Below, piece after piece: positions 38,547 to 51,766 of a DNA stretch of 64,000 nucleotides. The notes under the pieces were generated by a model. That model did not search any database. It worked only from the letters and a program-made list of their open reading frames with translations, and was not told the DNA's origin. Where the stretch lies: NCBI GenBank assembly GCA_964473865.1, contig CAYYQN010000003.1, positions 2,545-66,544 on the forward strand, given 5' to 3'. The first letter of the stretch is position 1. Every line of letters starts with the position of its first letter. The DNA comes from an uncultured bacterium (lineage in GTDB: Bacteria > Eisenbacteria > RBG-16-71-46 > CAIMUX01). A program made the position numbers and the translations under genes.

Positions 38547-39431
38547 TCAGAATCCACGTCCCGCGCCGCCACCCCCGCTTCCACCTCCGCCAAAGCCCCC
38601 GAATCCACCCCCGCCGCCCCCGAATCCTCCGCCTCCGAAGCCCCCGAACCCTCCAAAACCTCCGAATCCGCCCCCACCGTATCCGCCGGGCCCCCGGTAG
38701 CGCCGGCGGTCCAACAGCGAGACGAGGATGACGATCCCAACCAGGATCGCCAGCAACCTGAGGCTGGTCGGGTTCGTGCGGACCGGTGTCCGCCCCGCGC
38801 CGTATCCACCCGAGGCGAGCAACGCGTCCAGTTGCGCAGGGTCTTCGCCCTGTTCCGCGAGGATCAGACCGAAGCAGGCGCGGGCCGCGGAGGCGAACGC
38901 CTGCTCCGCCTTCCCCTCGCGCAGAAACGGCACCACATCTTCGTCCAGGATCTGGCCGACGCGACCATCGTTGAGCACGCCTTCCAGCCCGTATCCAACC
39001 TCGATCCAGGCGTAGCTCTTGCCTGGTCCCCGCGCCAGGTAGAGCAGGAGGAGGCCTTGATCGGTCTTCTTGTTTCCGACCTTCCACGCCCCGAACAGCC
39101 GATTCGCGTACTCCCGCGGCTCCTCGTCGCCGATATCGGTTGTCGTGACCACCGCCATCTGGACACCGAACTTTTCGTCAGCCCGGGAGAGAAGCAGCTC
39201 CAGACGGCCGCGGGCAGGCGCGCTCAGGACCCCGGCAAAATCGTTCACATAGCCCGTGGGCCGTGGATAGTCCGACGACGACGACGACGCGGATCCCGAC
39301 CACGAGAGGAGGAGGCCGCCCAGGATTACCAGGAGGAGCGTCCGATGTCGCGATCCGGCGAGTGGACCCCACACGGGTCTCCATCCAAAGCGGCGCCACC
39401 CACCTGTGTTTCTCCGTGCCGGGACGAACAT
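38547..39431 (-). CDS. TPM-domain (YgcG-like) membrane protein with Gly-rich (GGFGGFGG...) C-terminal tail
   Basis: YVNDFAGVLSAPARGRLELLLSRADEKFGVQMAVVTTTDIG...DQGLLLLYLARGPGKSYAWIEVGYGLEG (TPM), then a TM helix, then YGGGGFGGFGGFGGFGGGGFGGGGGGFGGFGGGGSGGGG. The start could be up to 39470. Confidence 0.75.
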   Translation of the reverse strand: MFVPARRNTGGWRRFGWRPVWGPLAGSRHRTLLLVILGGLLLSWSGSASSSSSDYPRPTGYVNDFAGVLSAPARGRLELLLSRADEKFGVQMAVVTTTDIGDEEPREYANRLFGAWKVGNKKTDQGLLLLYLARGPGKSYAWIEVGYGLEGVLNDGRVGQILDEDVVPFLREGKAEQAFASAARACFGLILAEQGEDPAQLDALLASGGYGAGRTPVRTNPTSLRLLAILVGIVILVSLLDRRRYRGPGGYGGGGFGGFGGFGGFGGGGFGGGGGGFGGFGGGGSGGGGAGRGF

Positions 39432-39609
39432 GGGTAGAATCTGGCACACGTCCCCGATCTGTGGCAGCAAAATCGACGGCTCGGTGGAAGCTACCGCGCA
39501 GTCGGGCTATGCTCCGCCGGAGCGGCGGCGCCCCCGGGCGGATCGCCCCGGGTGAGAGATCTCCGGCCGGGAGGGGCCGCCCCCTCCGGTCAAGCCAGGG
39601 AAGGCAGAG

Positions 39610-40386
39610 GTGGCCACGCCCCTAACGACAGGTCCGGGAGAGGTCATTGTCCGGCGACAGGTGGACGACACGACGGCCTGCCTTGTGGCCTCGGGCGACT
39701 TTGCCGATCTGCTGGCCGCGTGGTGGCGGCACGTCGTGCTCTGGGAAGGTGAGCCGGACGGCCTGTCGTCCATCCTCATGCGGCAGGGGCTGGCCGCGGC
39801 GGTGTTGCACTTGTCCAATCGTCCGCGCAACGAGACGATGGCCTGGACTCTGAACCTGAAACAGCCGCCGACGAATCTCTTCCTCACGGGAAGCGCCCTC
39901 GACGGAACGATCACCGGTCGGGTCTTCACGGTCGGGGTGAGAACCGAGGAGTCAAGCCGCCTGTTTGTCCAGGTCGTGAGGCCTCGCGGTGAACCGCAGA
40001 CGAGCCGGCTCGACGTCTCGGGATTCGACGTCCTGGAGATCTTCGCGCAGTACTTCGATCGCTCGGAGCAGAGTCCCGCCCGGTTCTTCCTTCTTGGACA
40101 AGAGCGGTTCGCGGCGGTGTTTGGCCTGCCGGGGGCCGACTCTGAGTGGCTGCAGGCGCTGGGAGTCGAGGAGGCGCGGGATCTGGTGCACTCGGCCCGG
40201 ACGATCGAGGAGCGGCGATTTCGGTTTGAGTGCGGCTGCTCCCCGACACGAATCGTCGAGGTCATGCGCTCAATCTTCGCGAAGGATCCGAGTGAGCTCT
40301 TTCATGACGAGAATCGGGTCGAGGTCTTTTGTCCCCGCTGCGGCCGGCGCTGGTGGGTGGACCGGGAGCAATTCGATGCAGGTTGA
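39610..40386 (+). CDS. hslO: Hsp33-family redox-regulated chaperone
   Basis: LEIFAQYFDRSEQSPARFFLL parallels E. coli Hsp33 LEDYFMRSEQLPTRLFI. The C-terminal zinc centre is FRFECGCSPTRIVEVM...VFCPRCGRRWWV (CxC...CxxC). GTG start after GGGAAGG. Confidence 0.75.
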   Translation: MATPLTTGPGEVIVRRQVDDTTACLVASGDFADLLAAWWRHVVLWEGEPDGLSSILMRQGLAAAVLHLSNRPRNETMAWTLNLKQPPTNLFLTGSALDGTITGRVFTVGVRTEESSRLFVQVVRPRGEPQTSRLDVSGFDVLEIFAQYFDRSEQSPARFFLLGQERFAAVFGLPGADSEWLQALGVEEARDLVHSARTIEERRFRFECGCSPTRIVEVMRSIFAKDPSELFHDENRVEVFCPRCGRRWWVDREQFDAG

Positions 40387-41245
40387 TGACCGGACTCTGG
40401 GTGATTTACGCTGTCGGATCGTCCGGGAGAGCGGCCGGCCGCCCGAGACGATCGATGAAGAGCGCCGCTCGGCGCCGCCGACTCGTCGTCCCGGAGACGT
40501 CTCCCCGCCCTCGCCCGCGGCGAGCGCCGGACCGCCTCCTCGATCTGGAGGGACAGATCCTTCCCCCCGGATCGCGGTGGTCCTCTGCCACGGCTATGGA
40601 GCACCCGGCGACGACCTGGTCTCCCTGGCCTCGGAAGTGAGCCAGGCCGCCCCCCAGCTTTCCGGACGGATCTCCTACGTCTTCCCGGAGGCCCCACTGG
40701 CCCTGCCGGCGCTGGGTCCCTGGGAGTCCCGAGCCTGGTGGCGCCTGGACGAAAGTGTGCTCGATGCCGCGATCATCCGCGGGGTCCCGATCGAGTCGGT
40801 GCGCGCCGCGCCGTCCGAGCTGCCGCAGCTTCGCGAGACGATGCTCCGGCTGCTCGCCGACCTCGAGCGTGAGGAAGGGATTCCCGTTTCCCGAGTGGTC
40901 CTGGGCGGCTTCTCGCAGGGAGCGATGCTGGCCACGGACGTGTCGTTGCATCTCCCGGTCCCGCCCGCCGCCCTCTGTGTCTTCTCCGGCTCACTCCTCG
41001 ATGTCGACGATTGGTCGGCGCTGGCGCCGGTCCTGCGCGGAGTGCCGGCCCTGATCTGCCACGGTCGGATGGATCCTCTGCTCTCGTTCCAGACCGCGGA
41101 ACGACTAGGTGATCTGCTGGCGCTCGCGGGCGCGCGCGTGGAGTTCGTGCCGTTCGACGGCCCGCACACCATCTCGCGCGAGGGCTTCACCGCATTCGTC
41201 GCGTTTCTCGGCCGGCTCTTGGATCATGAAGTCCCGGAGCGATAG
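40376..41245 (+). CDS. alpha/beta hydrolase, phospholipase/carboxylesterase family
   Basis: IAVVLCHGYGAPGDDL, nucleophile elbow GFSQGAML, and HGRMDP (His region). The start MQVDDRTL overlaps the hslO 3' end by 11 nt. The long listed ORF start (39989) lies inside hslO in another frame. Confidence 0.7.
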   Translation: MQVDDRTLGDLRCRIVRESGRPPETIDEERRSAPPTRRPGDVSPPSPAASAGPPPRSGGTDPSPRIAVVLCHGYGAPGDDLVSLASEVSQAAPQLSGRISYVFPEAPLALPALGPWESRAWWRLDESVLDAAIIRGVPIESVRAAPSELPQLRETMLRLLADLEREEGIPVSRVVLGGFSQGAMLATDVSLHLPVPPAALCVFSGSLLDVDDWSALAPVLRGVPALICHGRMDPLLSFQTAERLGDLLALAGARVEFVPFDGPHTISREGFTAFVAFLGRLLDHEVPER

Positions 41246-41257
41246 GGGGCATCTCAC

Positions 41258-42073
41258 ATGCGGCAATCGGCCTATGCGCGCAGCGCCCGGGTCTACGACC
41301 TGATCTATGGATTCAAGGACTACGCCGCCGAGGCGGCGAAGATCCGAGAGATCCTGGAGCAGGAGGGCGTCGTCGCCCGGGAGCTGCTCGACGTTGCCTG
41401 TGGAACCGCCGAACACGCCCGATGGTTGGTGGAGCACTCAACCGGCGGTGAATCGCGTGCGGCCCCCGCGGGTAGACCGGACCTCGGCAACCCTCCCACC
41501 CGGCCTGGCACCCCACCCGCCGGGTCTGCGTCCATCCTTCGTGTCGATGGACTCGACCTCGAACCGTTGTTTCTGGAGATCGCGCGCGCGAAGGTGCCAT
41601 CGGGACGCTTTGTTCCGGGAGACATGGCCGATTTCGATCTCGGGCGCCAGTACGATGCCGTCCTCTGCCTCTTCAGTGCGATCGGGTACCTCCGGGAGGA
41701 CGCCCGGCTGGTCTCCGCCCTACGTTGCTTTGGCCGCCACCTGCGTCCCAACGGCGTGGCCCTGGTCGAGCCGTGGTTCACGCCGGAGGAGTGGCGCGTG
41801 GGAGCGATCCACATGCAGACGGCCGAGACCTCCGAGATCAAGGTTTGCCGGATGAACGTCTCGGGGCGCGAGGGGCGCGATGCCGTCATGCCGTTTCACT
41901 ACCTGGTGGCCACACCGGCGGGGATCGAGAGCTTCCAGGAAGAGCACCGGATGGCGCTGCGCACCCGAAGGGAGATGCTCGCGGCATTCCGCCAGGCGGG
42001 ACTCGCGGTGAGATTCGACCCGGTCGGGCTCACGGGACGAGGACTCTATGTCGGCCGAGTCACGGACCTCTGA
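41258..42073 (+). CDS. class I SAM-dependent methyltransferase, TylM1/DesVI-like (sugar N,N-dimethyltransferase family) with a ~30-aa low-complexity insert
   Basis: YDLIYGFKDYAAEAAKIREIL...LLDVACGTAEH (motif I)...GDMADFDLGRQYDAVLCLFSAIGYL...GVALVEPWF...GRGLYVGR parallels TylM1 along its whole length. The insert STGGESRAAPAGRPDLGNPPTRPGTPPAGSAS follows motif I. Confidence 0.65.
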   Translation: MRQSAYARSARVYDLIYGFKDYAAEAAKIREILEQEGVVARELLDVACGTAEHARWLVEHSTGGESRAAPAGRPDLGNPPTRPGTPPAGSASILRVDGLDLEPLFLEIARAKVPSGRFVPGDMADFDLGRQYDAVLCLFSAIGYLREDARLVSALRCFGRHLRPNGVALVEPWFTPEEWRVGAIHMQTAETSEIKVCRMNVSGREGRDAVMPFHYLVATPAGIESFQEEHRMALRTRREMLAAFRQAGLAVRFDPVGLTGRGLYVGRVTDL

Positions 42074-42170
42074 GCGCCGAGGACGAGCCCGCCCCGCCGG
42101 AAAAGGGCAGTAACCCGGCCCCACCCTGCATCTTCCAACGCGGCTTCTCTGTCGCGGCTCCCGCGCGCCG

Positions 42171-42899
42171 CTATTCGTTGACCGCCGGCGTGGCTTTGGG
42201 ATGACGCCCTGTCGTGCGGGACAACTCCGGCGTCACGATCTCGCAGAACACGCTGGAGTGGTCGACCGTCGTGATGGTTGGGTCCGCGCCCACTCTGTGA
42301 CAGAGCATCTGGAACGCCTCGGGGCTGAAGGTGCCGGATCGGAACCCGTCCCGGCAGACTACGGTCCCATTCCCCGTCTGCCCGTAGTCAACGGCTCCGA
42401 GCAACCCGGCCGCGGCTTGAGCCTCAAACCACTCCAGCCGCTCCGGCCAGAATTCCGCGGCGTAGGACGAAAACGCGACCCTCCCACCGGGTCGCGTCAC
42501 CCGCAGAGCCTCGCGCACCAGCCGTTCGGGATCGACGGCAAACGCGCAGATTCCATTCTGCACGCACACAACCAGGTCAAACGTACCCTCGCGAATGGCC
42601 AGAACCGACGCGTCCATCCCCAGAAACCGACATCGCGACTCCGGGCCGGCGAGGCGATGGGCCAGGACGAGGCTCTCTGCCGAGTTGTCAACACCGACCG
42701 CCCGGGTCGCAACAGCCGCCAGGCGAGTGGTCACCCGACCGTAGCCGCACCCGAGCTCCAGGACCGTGTCCGTCGGCTGCAGCCGGTTCACCAGGAACTC
42801 GATCTCTGCCTCCAGGTACTGTCGCACGCGAGACGAAGCGACCTCATAGCACCGCCGCAGGCGTTCGCCGGATAGCGTTCGCGCGTAGTAGCCTCTCAT
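42171..42899 (-). CDS. class I SAM-dependent methyltransferase
   Basis: VLELGCGYGRVT (motif I), VDNSAESL, FDLVVCVQNGI, RPGGRVAFS. Start at MRGYYARTLS (~42899). Confidence 0.7.
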   Translation of the reverse strand: MRGYYARTLSGERLRRCYEVASSRVRQYLEAEIEFLVNRLQPTDTVLELGCGYGRVTTRLAAVATRAVGVDNSAESLVLAHRLAGPESRCRFLGMDASVLAIREGTFDLVVCVQNGICAFAVDPERLVREALRVTRPGGRVAFSSYAAEFWPERLEWFEAQAAAGLLGAVDYGQTGNGTVVCRDGFRSGTFSPEAFQMLCHRVGADPTITTVDHSSVFCEIVTPELSRTTGRHPKATPAVNE

Positions 42900-43408
42900 G
42901 CAGGCTCCGGTCCGTCGATCGCCCGACATGTCCGCGCCCTCTGTCTTCCCGCAATCACAGCCCGTTCCTCCGCGGCCGGGCGGCGGGGTGAGCCGACGAC
43001 GGGTCTGTCCCCGTACCGGCCCAAAGCGCCCTCCTGCCCCTCACGAGTTCCGAAGCAAGACCTCGACGCATCTGCGAGACCATGAATCGCCCGCCCGTCC
43101 TTGTGGCCCAGGTACGCAATGTTCAGAAAGCGGTGCAGCTGATCGTCCTTGCACACGAGCTTGTCCAGCGCGTACTGGGCGATGAGCGTCTGTCGGATCT
43201 TGGCTACCCCCGGTCGGAACCCATCCGGGAAGTAGAGTAGCTTCACAAGGCCCTGGGAGAGAGTCGTCATCCCCGCCCCCGGGGTCGCCAGATCTACGCC
43301 GCGGTGGCGCCGAAACGCTGGATCCTCAACCGCAAGCAAGATGGCCTCGCGATCAGGGGACAGGTCTTCCCGGGCCTCTACCGCTTCACCCCCAGACGCA
43401 CGCCGCAC
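42896..43408 (-). pseudogene. GT51 peptidoglycan-transglycosylase-like fragment (N-lobe only, ~170 aa), probably a gene remnant
   Basis: LLAVEDPAFRRHRGVD (EDxxFxxHxG motif 1), TTLSQGLVK (degenerate TITQQL motif 2), RKIRQTLIAQYALDK...YLGH (motif 3 region). It lacks a TM anchor, the later motifs and any transpeptidase domain. It is squeezed between the ileS stop and a methyltransferase gene. Confidence 0.35.
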
Positions 43409-46400
43409 CCCTTCTCGATCTCGAGGTCTGCCGCCCGGTCCACTTCCGCGCAGCCTTCCATCAGCCGTTGGGCCAGGGTCTCTTGGGAAATGTAGTTGCC
43501 GAACGCGCCAATTACGGCCCGGAGGCGCTCATCGGTGGTCTCGTAGCCGACCGTGATCCGGTCCTCCACGTTGTATCCCGCCTGCTTGCGCAATTCCTGA
43601 ACCGCGCGGACGATCTCCCGGGCGTAGCCCTCCCGGAGCAGCTCCTCGGTGATCGCGGTGTCGATCACCACAAGAAGACCGCGGTCCCCCGCCGCGGCAA
43701 GTCCCTCGCGGCCGGCGTACTGCAAGTCGAACTCCCCCGGCTCGAGGGTGTGGCCGCCGATCTCGATCCCGCCCTCTGCGTTCTGCGTCCACGCCCCGTC
43801 TTTGGCCGCCTTGGCGACCGTCTTCATTGCCGCGCCCAGCCTGGTGCCCAGCGTGGCGAAGTTGAGCTTGAGTTCGCGCGTGACCAGCGTTTCGGTCTCC
43901 CCATGGATCAGGACCTGCTTCACGTTCACTTCCTGGCCGATCTGGACCAGGAGATCCTCGTCGAGATCGACGCCGGCGCCATCCAAGGCCAGGATCCACA
44001 TCCGGCCCAGCGGCTGTCGGACCTTGATCTGCACCTTCTCGCGCGCGGCCCGTCCGAGGCTGACGGACGTCAGGACCCGCTCCATGCGCGCGTTGAGCGC
44101 CGAATCCACCAGCTCCCGCCGCACGTCGGGATAGGGGCGCAGGTGCACGCTTTCCGGCCACTCCAAGACGTTGGGCCCCGCGGCGGCAGAACCCGCGGCG
44201 ACTGTGCCCGCGGCGGCCCTTCGCGCCTTCCGCAGTGAGCCAGTCAGGTTCCGGTAGATTTCCTCGGTCACGAAGGGCACGACCGGAGCCAGCATCTCGC
44301 TGAAGGTGACGAGGACATGGAAGAGCGTCCGGTAGGCGAACCGCTTGTCCTCGTCGGCCGTCGACTTCCAGAACCGGCGGCGCGAGCGGCGCAGGTACCA
44401 GGTGGAAAGCGCGTCCAGGAATGCATCGGCGGCTCGGAGCGAACCGGCCACGTCGTACCCCTCCAGACCCCGGGTGAAGAGCTCGAGCGTGCGATAGAGG
44501 TCCGAGAGGATCCACCGGTCGAGCGGATTCGGGCTTTGTCCGAGGGTCTGCGCCACCTGCGCCTCCGCCGGATCGAACCCGTCCAGCGAGGCATAGGTCA
44601 CAAAGAACCCGTAGACGTTCCAGAGCGTGATCAGCCGCCGGCGGATGTCGTCGGCAATGTGGTAGCCGAAGCGGAGGTTGTTGTTCGGGTTGAAGGCGCA
44701 GTAGAGCCAGCGCATGGTATCCGCGCCCATCTTCTCCACCGCCTCGGCAAGCTCGATCGCATTGCCCGATGACTTGTGCATCGGCTTGCCCTTCTCGTCA
44801 TAGACCTTCTCGTAGGAGAAGACGGTCCGGTACGGGGCACGGTCCTCCAGGGTCACGGAGGTGAACATCATCGCGTAGAACCAGAGTCGGACCTGCTCGC
44901 GCATCTCCAGTACCAGCTCGGCCGGAAACCACTTCTCCCAGTAGGACCGATCCTCGAAGTACTTGAGTGTGGAGAAGCCGACGATCCCCGCATCCAGCCA
45001 GCAGTCGCCGACGTCGAGGATCCGCCTGGCCTCCGCTCCACACTGCGCGCAATGGATCCGCACCTCGTCGATCCATGGCCGGTGCAGCTCGGGAAGCCCA
45101 TCCACCACAGCCGGATCCACCGCCCGCTCCCGCAATTCCGCGCGGCTCTGCACCACCGTGAGATGGCGTTCTGGACAGAAGTAGAACGGCAGCGGCAAAC
45201 CCCAGTAGCGCTTGCGGGAGATGCACCAGTCTCCCATGTTGTTGTACCAGTCCTGGGTCCGCTTCCCCACCGACTCCGGAATCCAGCGCACCGTGTCGGC
45301 CGCTGCCTTCATCCGCGGGCGGATCTCGTCACAGGAGAGAAACCACTCATTCTCCACGCGAAAGACAAGCTTCTCCTTGCAGCGCCAGCAAAACGGATAG
45401 CGATGCCGGTAGGTCTCCTGGCGGTAGAGAATCCCCTTCTCCTTCAGCTTCGCCAGGATCGGCTTCTCCACCTCGTGAACGTCCATGCCGGTGAGCCAAC
45501 CGAAGCCGTCGAGATAGACTCCGTAGCCGTCCAGCGGCGCAATGACGCGCAGGCCATGGACCTTGCCCAGCTCACTGTCCTCCGCACCGCATCCCGGCGC
45601 GATGTGGACGATCCCCGAGCCCTCCGTCTCGCCGACCTCGCTCCAAGGGATGACCCGATGCTCGAGCCCGGCCGCCACCGGCAGGTCGTCGAACGGCCCA
45701 TCATAGGCCCACCCAAGCATCTCACTTCCCTTCAGCTCGCCGAGCGTTTCGGCGCCCTTCCGGAAAATCGTCGCGAAGACGCCCGCCCCGAGGTAGTAGA
45801 TGTTGCCTTCGTGGCGCACGCGCAGGTAGTTGAGATCCGGGTTGACGGCTGCCGCCACATTGCTGGTCAGCGTCCACGGTGTCGTCGTCCAGACCAGGAG
45901 CGACTCCTGCGGTCGATCCTTCAGCGGAAAACGCACGAAGACCGATGTGTCCGCAACCTCTTCATAACCGTCGGCCAGCTCGTGCTGCGACAGCGACGTC
46001 CCGCAGCGCGTGCACCACGGCATCGCCTTGTGCCCTTCGTAGAGCCAGCCCTTCTCACGGCAGATCCCGAGGAAGTGCCAGATGTACTCGATGTTGGTGT
46101 CGCTCATTGTGTAGTAGGAGTCGTCCCAGCGCATCCACTGACCGAGACGGAGTGACTGCTCGGTCATGACACCGCTGTACTTGTCGACGCGCGCGCGGCA
46201 GGCCCGGGAGAAACTGTCGAGTCCGAACTGCTCAATATCGCGCTTGCTGTTGAAGCCCAGCTCCCGCTCGGTCTCCACCTCCAGCCACAATCCCTGACAG
46301 TCGAATCCGTTCTGCCAGCGCTGGTCAAACCCCCGCATCGCCTTGTAGCGCTGGAAGACGTCCTTGTACGTGCGCCCCCAGGCGTGGTGAACGCCCATCG

Positions 46401-46566
46401 GGTTGTTCGCGGTGATCGGTCCGTCAATAAACGACCAGTGCGGCCGCCCGGCGTTGCGCGCCATCTGCTGTTCGAAGATCCGCTCCTCGCGCCAGAAGTC
46501 GAGTATGCGGCGCTCCAACTGGACAAAGTCCTGTTTGAGGTTGACCGGCGCGAACATCGGCTCCAC
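43378..46566 (-). CDS. ileS: isoleucine--tRNA ligase (type 2)
   Basis: Class I aaRS HIGH-type motif PMGVHHAWG. KMSKS-type motif KMHKSSGN. CP1 editing domain. C-terminal anticodon-binding and zinc regions. 1062 aa. Confidence 0.9.
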   Translation of the reverse strand: MEPMFAPVNLKQDFVQLERRILDFWREERIFEQQMARNAGRPHWSFIDGPITANNPMGVHHAWGRTYKDVFQRYKAMRGFDQRWQNGFDCQGLWLEVETERELGFNSKRDIEQFGLDSFSRACRARVDKYSGVMTEQSLRLGQWMRWDDSYYTMSDTNIEYIWHFLGICREKGWLYEGHKAMPWCTRCGTSLSQHELADGYEEVADTSVFVRFPLKDRPQESLLVWTTTPWTLTSNVAAAVNPDLNYLRVRHEGNIYYLGAGVFATIFRKGAETLGELKGSEMLGWAYDGPFDDLPVAAGLEHRVIPWSEVGETEGSGIVHIAPGCGAEDSELGKVHGLRVIAPLDGYGVYLDGFGWLTGMDVHEVEKPILAKLKEKGILYRQETYRHRYPFCWRCKEKLVFRVENEWFLSCDEIRPRMKAAADTVRWIPESVGKRTQDWYNNMGDWCISRKRYWGLPLPFYFCPERHLTVVQSRAELRERAVDPAVVDGLPELHRPWIDEVRIHCAQCGAEARRILDVGDCWLDAGIVGFSTLKYFEDRSYWEKWFPAELVLEMREQVRLWFYAMMFTSVTLEDRAPYRTVFSYEKVYDEKGKPMHKSSGNAIELAEAVEKMGADTMRWLYCAFNPNNNLRFGYHIADDIRRRLITLWNVYGFFVTYASLDGFDPAEAQVAQTLGQSPNPLDRWILSDLYRTLELFTRGLEGYDVAGSLRAADAFLDALSTWYLRRSRRRFWKSTADEDKRFAYRTLFHVLVTFSEMLAPVVPFVTEEIYRNLTGSLRKARRAAAGTVAAGSAAAGPNVLEWPESVHLRPYPDVRRELVDSALNARMERVLTSVSLGRAAREKVQIKVRQPLGRMWILALDGAGVDLDEDLLVQIGQEVNVKQVLIHGETETLVTRELKLNFATLGTRLGAAMKTVAKAAKDGAWTQNAEGGIEIGGHTLEPGEFDLQYAGREGLAAAGDRGLLVVIDTAITEELLREGYAREIVRAVQELRKQAGYNVEDRITVGYETTDERLRAVIGAFGNYISQETLAQRLMEGCAEVDRAADLEIEKGCGVRLGVKR

Positions 46567-46674
46567 TCTGCTACTCCTTCGAGCCCGAATCCTGCTCGTA
46601 CTTCTTCCCCGGAATCAGGTGGGCCGCGAGGTACCGCTCGCGGCCCGACTCAGCACCGATTCCCGGACGGAGGG

Positions 46675-49422
<2,748 letters not shown>

Positions 49423-49539
49423 TCCGCTCGATTGCCCCCGCGCTCTCCGACTGCCTGAGGAACCCGCCTTGGGTGTGTCCCCCCGGCGCCGCGCTCCGTG
49501 TCGGCCGTGATTTTGTCGCCCCGCCGAGCTCGGCCGGCG

Positions 49540-51456
<1,917 letters not shown>

Positions 51457-51747
51457 TCATGGTTCCGGGTTTGGAGTGAACCGAATGCTGTCGATGGTGC
51501 TGCCCGGAGCGATCTCCCGGAGCCGCTCCAGCATCTTTGGCACCAAGAACGAGAGATGGTGCTGCAACACCGCGTCTTCCACATAGACCCATAGGGTCTT
51601 TCCCTGCATCCGGAGCGGCCGCGTGCGGGCGGCCAGCGGCTCGCCCACCACCTCGCGCCAGCGCGGGAAGGTCCGGTAGTTGGCCACGCCGCGCTCGAGG
51701 TCCCGGCCGCGCAGAACGGCCTCCAGGATCCCCGAGATGTGATTCAT
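51457..51747 (-). CDS. DUF721 (DciA-like) protein in the recF position of the origin cluster
   Basis: MNHISGILEAVLRGRDLERGVANYRTFPRWREVVGEPLAARTRPLRMQGKTLWVYVEDAVLQHHLSFLVPKMLERL fits the DUF721 pattern. It sits between dnaN and gyrB. The listed ORF (start 51888) has a non-protein-like N-extension. Confidence 0.55.
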   Translation of the reverse strand: MNHISGILEAVLRGRDLERGVANYRTFPRWREVVGEPLAARTRPLRMQGKTLWVYVEDAVLQHHLSFLVPKMLERLREIAPGSTIDSIRFTPNPEP

Positions 51748-51766
51748 CCCCGACACGAGCGGTCGC

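Noticed and set aside
38458-38700. Proline-rich ORF (PAPPPPLPPPPKPPNPP...)
   Set aside because: It is the reverse-complement reading of the Gly-rich tail codons of the TPM gene (GGN repeats read as NCC gives Pro). It is not a separate gene.
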